From Eledone cirrhosa (lineage: Eukaryota), in the NCBI GenBank assembly GCA_964016885.1, contig OZ024742.1, positions 213,652,001-213,716,000 on the forward strand: a stretch of 64,000 nucleotides of DNA. Direction: 5' to 3'. The translations under genes and the position numbers were made by a program. Below the pieces are notes generated by a model. It worked only from the letters and a program-made list of their open reading frames with translations, was not told the DNA's origin and searched no databases. Positions within the stretch are counted from its first letter, which is position 1; each line of letters starts with the position of its first letter. Shown here piece after piece: positions 54,369 through 64,000 of this stretch.

Positions 54369-54768
54369 GGGGGGTGAATTGGCAGTATCGGTAGAGGGTC
54401 GGACGCCATGCTTTGACACATAGAGTTACGGCCCTGAGCCATTCTGAGTTCAAATCCCGTCGAGGTTAAGTTTGCCTTTCATCCTAACGAGGGTCGATAA
54501 AATAAAGTACCAGTAATACACTGGGATAATTGCTGGCCTTGTGCCTATTGTAGAAACAATTATATAATTATAATAGAATGGCAGTGGATTGGCAGTATTC
54601 GTAGAGGGTCGGACGCCATGATTTGACGCATAGAGTTACGGCCCTTTCTATTCTGAGTTCAAATCCCGCCGAGGTTAACTTTGCCTTTCATCCTTACGGG
54701 GTCGATAAAATAAAGTACCAGTAATGCACTGGGTATTTGCTGGCCTTGTGCCAAAAGTAGAAACAATT
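54369..54768 (+). mobile_element. Two tandem tRNA SINEs
   Basis: Copies at 54369-54562 and 54580-54768, separated by aattat-rich repeats. Confidence 0.88.
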
Positions 54769-55229
54769 ATATAATTATAATATAATGGGTAATTTATTAA
54801 TCTTATCTTAATCTAACTCCATTAAATTAAATTTAATTCATCATAATTTTATTTTGAGATTTTTAATTTAATTACTGATGAGTATAATCAATTTAAATAA
54901 AATACATTCTCGCTGCCACTTAAAGGATAACATCTGTCTCAAACCTCCGTCACCGTAGTCTCCATTAAACTAAATAGTTTTCCAGTAATGAAGTCGCAGT
55001 TCCGTGGTTATATTGTCTTAATAGAAAGAATAAAACTCTAAAACTTGCGAGCTTAGTGTGTTTTAGGATGTATATACTGATTTTTAAAAATTTAGTTAAA
55101 TAATTTGATTCGTTTTTCGTTCATTTAGATATATTAAATTATCGTTTTATTTGCTTTTTCAGAGGTGAGGCGTAATCTAAACAAATCTGGCTCCCGATTA
55201 GCATTGTTTGGGCTTCTAAGATTCTAACG

Positions 55230-56202
55230 CATACATACATACATACATACATACATACATGATGGCTGACCCCTCGTTATCGAGTATGGCCATTGCACGA
55301 TATACCATTATTAATAATTATTAATTAATTCTATCGTGCAATGCCTGTGCGTGAAGATATATTTTAAAGTGAGGAAAGACTGTGCACTGAGCCAATCCCA
55401 CTCTCTGAGCGACAGTAGCTATAACTAGAAAAGATCAACATCATCGGTAATAACTGAGCCGCAGGTTTTATAGCGGAGTTATCCCAGTATCCTGATTTGC
55501 CCTCTCCTAGAAGAATGCCCTGACAAAGGCTAGAAGTCCTTCGCTCCCAGTGGTTTAACCGGGCGGTACATGACTATATACATATTTACACAATTTCGGA
55601 TGGCCGTTGACTCTTATGAGTTCTTCCGCCGTTGTACATACATATATGGTGGCTGCCAACTCGTTTTCGAGTACGGCCACTTCTTTATATTCATGTAGGG
55701 GAACCCCTACCGATGCGCTGAACAAGTGTGACTTTTTAGTCCAGCCAGCGACTTGAGAACACTGGTACAAACACTACACCTGTGACAATTATTGACACAT
55801 AGTGCTGGGCCCATGGCATCATGTGACGACAAGTGCAGAGAGATCTCCAGAGATAAAGCAATGCCTGTGCCGTGAAGCTTTTATAGTGAGCAAATGCACT
55901 GCACAAAGCCAGTACCACTCTCTTAACCAAGATGATATTTACCAAAAAGAAGAACAAGTCAACATCTTTGGATACCATCAGGGTTGCAGGTGTTATATCA
56001 GAGTTTTCCTTCTCCTAGAATTCTGCCTTGACAAAGGCTAAGGGGTCATCTCTCCCAGTGATTTTGGATGACCATTGACTCTTAAGAGCTCCTTTGCCCT
56101 TTGACAGGTTTTGTTTTTAGTCCTGCAGGATGTCCAAAGTCACCCTCCTCACCAAGAAACCTTGGTGGGGTTGCCAGTTTACGCGCCAACGACCCGACCA
56201 TG
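55230..56202 (-). mobile_element. RTE-like non-autonomous retroposon (family D)
   Basis: (cata)n tail at 55230-55260; ctaggagaaggaaaactctgata-like motif present twice. Confidence 0.55.
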
Positions 56203-56345
56203 GGACAGGTTGTACAGGTTGTACTGGGATACATGTTACATACATACATAGACACTCTTAATTACATTTCGATCTCTACTCTAGATTTCTACTGCGGATT
56301 TCCGGACACTTTTCAATACACACTCACACACACCCTCACACCACC

Positions 56346-56397
<52 letters not shown>

Positions 56398-56725
56398 GGA
56401 GGGGTAGAAGTTTTCCCCGCCAGTTGTCTACTGGGGGCCTCGGATATATATATATATAATTCGTTTTTGAATTTATTCTTCGAGATTTCTAGATTGTGTG
56501 ACGAAAGAGCTTTGACAATATATAAACAACATTAGAGTTATCGAACCAAGCAACCGGAAACTTATAATAAATTGAAGTGAAAACCAACAGGTGCGTGTGT
56601 TTTTATTGACAGCATGACCCTCCCAAAGTATAACAATATATATATATATATCCCCACTCTCAAAAGCGTGAACCTAATAAACTCTTATTTGTACTGCCTC
56701 TCTGTTTTTGTTCCCGTCTAATTTT

Positions 56726-56780
<55 letters not shown>

Positions 56781-56933
56781 ATACTTGGGGAGGGTCATAT
56801 TTGTGTAATATTGCCAGAATTAATAACAGAACACACTCACTGTTTGGTTGGTTTTCGCTTCTGTGTCTTTTATATCGGCAATCTAATTTATTCGGTCCTC
56901 CATGTTGCCATTGACTGACCGGCGGTCAAAAAT

Positions 56934-57320
56934 AATTGTTTCTACTTTTGGCACAAGGCCAGTAATTACCCAGTGCATTACTGGTACTTTATTTTATCGA
57001 CCCCGTAAGGATGAAAGGCAAAGTTAACCTCGGCGGGATTTGAACTCAGAATGGCAAGAGCCGTAACTCTATGCGTCAAAGCATGGCGTCCGACCCTCTA
57101 CCGATACTGCCAATCCACGGCGGTCAAAAATAATTGTTTCTACTTTAGGCACAAGGCCAGCAATTACCCAGTGCGTTACTGGTACTTTATTTCATCGACC
57201 CCGTAAGGATGAAAGGCAAAGTCAACCTCGGCGGGATTTGAACTCAGATCGTAAAGGGACGTAACTATGCTGGAAAGCATAACGTCCGACCCTCTACCGA
57301 TACTGCCAATCCGCCGCCCT
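56934..57320 (-). mobile_element. Two SINEs of different subfamilies at one target site
   Basis: ggcggtcaaaaataat occurs three times (~56921, 57119, 57323). Confidence 0.88.
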
Positions 57321-57779
57321 TAGGCGGTCAAAAATAATACAGATACAATATAGACACAAACACATATATATAGTTTATCAGAGTTCTTTCGTTGCACATC
57401 TGCAACATCGTCAGTGGTGCTATTGTTTCCTCCCGTTGCATTGTATGTCTACGCCATTTTTATTTAGTCTGTCTATATATTTATTTATTTATTTGTTTGT
57501 TTGTTCATTTTATTTTGTCTTCTTTGCGCATGCGTTTGCGTGTGTGTATAGTGTTTTGTTTGATGTGTGTTCGTGATTGGGTGACTAGTGTGTGTTTAAA
57601 TGTGTTTGTTGTTATTGTGCTTGTGTATGTATTTATTTATTTATTTATCTATTTATTTATTTATTTATACTACTCTTAGGTCAGTGTTGTTTGTTTGGGT
57701 GTTGTTGTTATTCCATTCATTCTTTCTGTTTAGTCTGACCCCTCACCACACCCTCCCCTCCACCGTCACACATCCAAAC

Positions 57780-59650
57780 CACACCACTTGTTGTCACTAT
57801 ACCCTCTGACCCCACCCCCACCCCTCCGCACCTGAGCGCTCACTCCTCAGTAGAGGCCTTCGCTTCATACCCCACACTCCGCACAGCCACCAGTTCCGCA
57901 CCCGAACGGAAGTCGAGCGATTCGTGCGACGCACGAAGCTACAGGCACATTTTCATCAAACGTCACCGGCTCCGAACGCCCCAGAACCGTTTCTCGCCCT
58001 GGGCCGACGACCATCGTCTCCGCTTGCAACTGCCCCACTGAACTCATCTCCGTCTTTCTTGACTCCATCCTCGCCACTCTCGTCACCACCCTCCCCTCCC
58101 ACATCTCTGACACCAACCACGCCCTTCGCCTATTCGACTCCTTCACCTTCGCACCCGGCCCACAGCCCTTTCTCTTCACCCTAGATATCAAGTCGCTCTA
58201 TACTGTCAGCCCCCACGCCGACGGCCTACGTACCATCAAGCACTACCTCGACCTTCGCCCCATCCCCTACACCCCCACCCTCCTTCGCCTTACCGAGCTG
58301 GTCCTCACTCTCAACTGCTTCTTCTCGGGTGAGTTTTACCAACAGGTCACGGGGGAAGCCATGGGCACAATAATGGGCCCAAACTAAGCCAACCTTTTCG
58401 TTGGCCATGTTGAGGCCCAAATCTTTGCCCAGTACACCGGCCCCACGCCCGAACTGTACGGTCGTTACATCGACGACTGTATCGGAGCCACGACCCTCAC
58501 CCGAGAACAGCTCGACTCCTTTCTCTCCTTCTTCTGCTCCTTCCACCCCTCCCTCCACTTCACCACCTCTATCTCCACCACCCACGTCCACTTCTTAGAC
58601 ATCTCCGTCGCCTTCGACCCCTCCCACCACTCCCTCGTCACCTACGCCATCTTCAAACCCACCGACTCCCTCTCCTACCTCGACTTCACCTCCTCCCACC
58701 ATACACACACTAAACACTCTATTCCCTACTCCCAACTCCTCAGGATCCGCCGCCTCTGCAGCCGAGATGCTGACTTTGAGTCCCAGGCCCTTTCCCTAGT
58801 CAACCATTTCATCCGCAGAGGTCTCCCTCCCCTCCCTCGTCCACACCGCCCTCACTCGCGCCCGTGCTGTCCACCCACCCACCGTCTCCCCTTCCCCATC
58901 ACCTACCACCCTTCCAGTCCGGCCCCTCCACCTCCCACATCTTCCCATCCCCACCACTCCCCTCCTTCAAATGCGCACGCAATCGACGCACCCTCCTCGT
59001 CCGCAGCTCCCTACCTCCAACCCACGCTCTTCAGTCCCCCCCCCGGTTCCCTTCCCTGTCCCAGGACGCGTTGCAACACCTGCCCCCACATCACCAACAC
59101 CACCATCTTCCAGGGTGCCAACGGCCACTCTCTCTCTGTCCGGCACGCCTTCCGCTGCACCTCCTCCAACCTAGTCTATGGACTTCGCTGCACGGAGTAC
59201 AGCGCAACCTACGTCGGATAGACTGGACGTCGCCTGGCGGATCGTTTCACCAAACACCTCCGGGATATTCGTCTCGGCGGGAGTTCCCCCATCGCCCGCC
59301 ACTTTGGCTCCCCTGGACATTCCGCGCAGTCTGTGGCCTACTCCAATGCCACGGAACACCCGCCACCCGCCTCAGGGTCGAACAACGCACCATCTTCACC
59401 CTACAGACCCACACTCCCCCCGGCCTGAACTCTCCACCCCTATTCCTTTAGCCTTCGACCGCCCTGTCTCCCCCCACCCCACACATATATCCCCCACTAA
59501 CACTACTAACGCACTCCTCCTTTTCACCGTTTTTCCTCCCTTTCCTCTCCCCCCTTTTTTCTAAATGCCTCTCCACCACTCCCCCACACACCCTCGGAAC
59601 TCTCTTCCCACCCACTTTTCGCCTGAAGAAGGGCTAATTCCCGAAACTTT
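57780..59650 (+). mobile_element. Neptune-like Penelope element, internally deleted and decayed
   Basis: ERSLLSRGLRFIP; IVSACNCPTELIS..LDIKSLYT..AMGTIMGPN*ANLF..RYIDD..FLD..KPTD..SSH..IPYSQLLRIRRLCS; C..RCNTC..CTSSNLVYGLRC..YVG*TGRRLADRF..H; truncated hammerhead CTGAAGA-a-ggg..ccc-GAAAC at 59623-59647. Confidence 0.88.
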
Positions 59651-60038
59651 ATAAATGTAGTTTAGTTTGAATTTACCGCTGAGGCACAACCCCGCACGAC
59701 GGATGATATTCTATAGTGTGATGGCACATGTATCGACTTGAATTCAGCAGTCGTTGTCTGTGATAATAAGTAGCCATTTGCCTGCTACTACGCCGAGTGC
59801 GTTATAGTTAATAGTCCGACCATTTAGCACTAGGCAGCCACTAAGAAAAAGCATGTTGCAAATGCACTTATTTGTTCAGTCTATATCGTGGAAATCATGA
59901 TCCGTGCAATTACCCTGAATACAAATAACACTTGGTACATATTTACATGTTTAATACGCTTAAATCTTTTCATATTGAGTGAGTAATAAGACAAACGGGG
60001 TGATAGTGAATATCTTTTCATTATGGTCCTGTTTTAAC

Positions 60039-60104
<66 letters not shown>

Positions 60105-60405
60105 GATATGCATGGACCTGCTATTTTTCTCTAAAAACATTTTTCTGATTCCACCCCGCATGTCCCTTCACTCTTTCTAATTTTTCATTCTTTCTTCTGA
60201 TGAAAGACTAGCGTCCGAAACGGTAAGACCCTCTTCCTGCTATTTCAAGCGTTAACCTAATATATTCTTTCCACATACTGTACCGATTGTGTTGTTATTT
60301 CTGTTTACCTTCACACACACACATACATATATATAAAGAGAGAGCGTGAAATTAATAAACATTCGTTGTACTGCCTCTCTGTTTTGTCCCTGTTCAAATT
60401 TTTCC

Positions 60406-60492
<87 letters not shown>

Positions 60493-60584
60493 AAAGTGGA
60501 ATTGGAAATAGCACGGAAATATATTCAAGTATCAGTTTTTCTTTTTTTTATTCTTTGATTCGTGACATTATTCATTACCACCAG

Positions 60585-60872
60585 ACTCTCCCTCTCTCTA
60601 CTACACGGAACTCTCTTCAAATTCCTCTTTATATATCAATAACTATCAATCTCTCCCCCTCTCTCTATCTAATATACAGCACACTCGCCCAACCTTCCTC
60701 TCTATATCAATTACCACCAAACCCTCCCCCCTCTATATCTACTAAACGGAGCTCTCTTCCAATACTCCTCTCTATATCAATTACCCCCCCCCTCTCTATA
60801 TGTACTATACGGAACTCTCTTCCAATCCTCCTCTTTATATCAATGTATATATATCTCCCACCTGTCTCTACA
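60585..60872. repeat. Degenerate ~60-bp tandem repeat
   Basis: Repeated ccctctctata..tacta.acggaactctcttccaat units. Confidence 0.55.
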
Positions 60873-61475
60873 TAATATGTACATAAATTGTAATGCATCT
60901 ACAAATAGATGTGTGTTTTGGTAGTTTGGGGAGAAAATATAATTATGGGGGGGGGGGGGGGGCAAATGGTACTAGTCGCATGCCTTCAAAAACATTTAGT
61001 ATTTAGACAGTTAAGTATCTAGTAAGTTCATCAAAATTTCCTACCGTTCTGCGTTGTAGAGTCCCCATTTCCTGGTTCCGTTGATACAAAACCCGCATTT
61101 TTCTGTTATTTCCCAGTTTGTGTTGTTAGTCTACGGAGTTTCTTTCATCTCCCAAACGTAACTAGAGTTTTATTACGTTTATGTCTAATTCCGGTTATGT
61201 ACATGAGTATTTGTATGCGTGCTAATGTATGTGTGAGGGTTTGTATGCGCGCATGTGTGTGTATGTGTATAGAGAAGACCTGTGATTAAGTTTCAGCTCA
61301 CGATCGTAGGGTTGAGAAAACGATTTCAGGTGGGACGTCGTGTCCTTGGACTCTATATACTCCCTGAGAATTAGGTTAACGATAATCTTGTCAACAGAAA
61401 GCTCAGCCACTTGCCCGCCAATTTTACGAGCAGGGTGTTTCGTTGGTCAAACAATTAGATCACTCGGGGTTAGAA

Positions 61476-61742
61476 CACATGCGTAACTAGGGTATGATAA
61501 GCATGGCAAGTGCCATGGGCGTCACATGAAGGGAGCGCCACTTGGACTAAGAACACGTTCTATTAAAGTATAAGCCTCGTCGAAGAGTGAAAAAAGAAAC
61601 TCCTTCAGATGTATGATTGTGTCTGATTATCATGGGTAAACCATTTATATAGATTATTAGGCCCATAGGTAATAATACAGTGCTGGGCAGGCGCACGGTT
61701 TCACTGCTTACCATAGGGGTTATTTCCCTAGTTATGCCTCTG
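61476..61742. mobile_element. Possible hAT MITE
   Basis: cacatgcgtaactaggg / ccctagttatgcctctg TIR-like ends; no clear TSD. Confidence 0.4.
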
Positions 61743-62514
61743 CTTACATATATTCGTCACAGGCACCTTTCAGTCACGGCGGACCATATATATCTTAGAA
61801 CTATGTATTGTAAATGTAAGTAATATTTTATTGTTCTACTTGATTATGTTTTTATGCAAGATATTAATAATGTATCCTTAACAACATCTATATGAGTACC
61901 CTATGTTCTTGGCATTTTAGCGCCAATTTTACATCAAGGGGTTATGGCCAACGAATCGATAGTTTTATATATCGATATAATTACATTGTATATATTCATA
62001 TATATATATATATATATGTACACACGCGCTTGTACTTTCACCCCTAGATTCCTATGGTTCTCTTATGGTCAGAAACATATACTCTTACAGCTGATACAGA
62101 CCAACAAAATACGCGCACACACCTCTACTTTTTCCTTCACAGCTCTGTATATATACACACACACACACACACACTCCTTTTTATCAACATACTTTTGCTC
62201 ACAGCTTCGTACTTACAAGCACACACACACACACTTTTTTACTTACATATACACACACATATCCTCTTAGCTTCGTATGGACGTATAATAACACACACAC
62301 GCGCGCGCGCATACGCACGCGCATACGCACGCGCATACGCACGCGCAGACGTATAGCTCTTTATACAAAACTTGCTTTTTTTTTCATTCTTACTTCTGAT
62401 GAAAGACTAGCGTCCAAAACGTTAAGACCCTCTTCCTACTATTTCAAGCGTTAAACTAATATATTCCTTCCATATACTGTACCGATTGTGTTGTTATTTC
62501 TGTTTACCCTTTCC

Positions 62515-62547
<33 letters not shown>

Positions 62548-62551
<4 letters not shown>

Positions 62552-63170
62552 ACCTACTATATAAAGTAACCCCGATGCGTAGGTGGATCCGTTTAAGTAT
62601 AGTACATGGTGCCTACATTTTGGTGTTATATTATGGTTAGTTTCCTTTATAAGCAGAGTATAATATTAATAATAAGTAGGAACGAGATGTCAGTGCATCA
62701 TCATTAAGTTTATTCGGGTGTGACGCGCGTTTCACGATTGACCAGCTCAAGGTTCGATCTGTATCGATTGGATTCTACTCTGTAATTCAAGAACGAGCCC
62801 AAGAGTCTGGTGAGCTGTTGATTCCAGAACCCCCTGCACTGATACGAAATGTGTAGTCTGTAGGCTAAGCCCGCAAATTAACTTCAAATCTAGGAACGTA
62901 TTATATAGCATACTATGTACTGAGGGACAGTGTAGGAATAAGAACATAACATACATAGGTGAAACAGCCCGTAGCATAGGAGAAAGGATAAGTGAACACT
63001 GGCGAGAACTCCAGGGTGGGAAAAACTCACCAATACTCCACCAACATGCCAAAATAGAATGTAGGGACACATTAGAGAACATTAGATAAAAATTATATCC
63101 ACTCACAGAAAAGATGCAATGCTCAGACAAATCACAGAGGCGACAAACATAAACGAACTCCAACCAAAAT
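62548..63170 (+). mobile_element. PLE fragment: inverted pLTR (family E) then GIY-YIG
   Basis: From ~62835: CTDTKCVVC..SRNVLYSILCTEGQC..TYIGETARSIGERISEH..SPILHQH. Confidence 0.75.
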
Positions 63171-63264
63171 TAAACAGAAAACATGAGTGGAATAGCAGCA
63201 TCACAACTAGTAATTAAGGACAAAATAAAGACATACAGACACGCACACAAAATGGAGACATACA

Positions 63265-63692
63265 GACCAAACTAACAAAACAAATCAGAAACACACAGAT
63301 AGAACAAACAACCAACTAGTGACAAGTAAATAAACACATAAATAACTAAATAAAAACACACACACTCTGATGTAACGCATGCGCAAGCTAAGCACACAAC
63401 ATACAGCACACAAAAACAAGATGGTGTAGGACAGAACAAAGGAGAGACACAAAGTAAAAACCTAGTCACTGAGGAGGTCACACAATGTGTGACGAAAGAG
63501 CTTTGACAATATATAAACAAACATCCGGTTATCGAACCGACCAACCAACCGGAAATGTATAATAAATTGAAGTGAAAACCAACAGGTGCATGTGTTTTTA
63601 TTGGCAACATGACCCTCCCAAAGTATAACAATATCTGTTTCAACACAGGTTTTAAGATAAGAAATCTCGCAAAACAGATTCAAAAACGAAGT
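63265..63692 (+). mobile_element. Family A pLTR with minimal hammerhead (63465-63507)
   Basis: gtca-CTGAGGA-g-gtcacac aat gtgtgac-GAAA-gag-CTT-tgac. Confidence 0.8.
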
Positions 63693-64000
63693 AGAGAGAG
63701 AAAGAGAGAGGGAGGGAGAGAGACTCATACATACTGAAACAAACACACAAAAGATATAGGTGTACCTGTGTACACCCAATTAACGTGTTAATTTTTCATT
63801 TTCGGAAACCACATTGCAGTCTGTTCTATTATTTACTTTCTACCTCCACTTCACATCTCTACCTTCTCTCTATCTCCCCCACACCCTCTCTGTTGTTCTC
63901 TCTCTCATACACCCCTCTCTCTTTCTCCTGCTCTTTTCTTTTCTCTTCTTTGTAGAAGATGCATGTAGGTGGTTCAATTTGTAAATTATTTTGTTTGTAA

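Noticed and set aside
56030-56202. HDV-like ribozyme at the 5' end of the RTE-like family D
   Set aside because: Hairpins are present but the nested double pseudoknot could not be built by eye.

Overview
Eukaryotic, repeat-saturated window with no intact host gene; the repeat content suggests an octopus/cephalopod genome (inference). It holds: (i) two full-length, frameshifted L1/Tx1-type LINEs tail-to-tail (4081-9967 +, 10028-15628 -), each starting inside the (ATT)n tail of a SINE; (ii) about 16 copies of a tRNA-derived SINE whose 3' end resembles the LINE 3' end; (iii) two nested Helitrons (16649-18895); (iv) a decayed Ty3/gypsy provirus with both LTRs and a tRNA-Trp PBS (34803-40346 -); (v) many Penelope-like element (PLE) remnants, often fold-back palindromes in (TA)n tracts, carrying about 10 unrelated type I hammerhead ribozyme families, some with non-canonical cores (U3-A8, A4); (vi) hAT and pogo/mariner MITEs, RTE remnants, a 5S rRNA pseudogene and minisatellites; (vii) weak cadherin-like fragments on the minus strand. 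All calls were made by eye; element boundaries are approximate.
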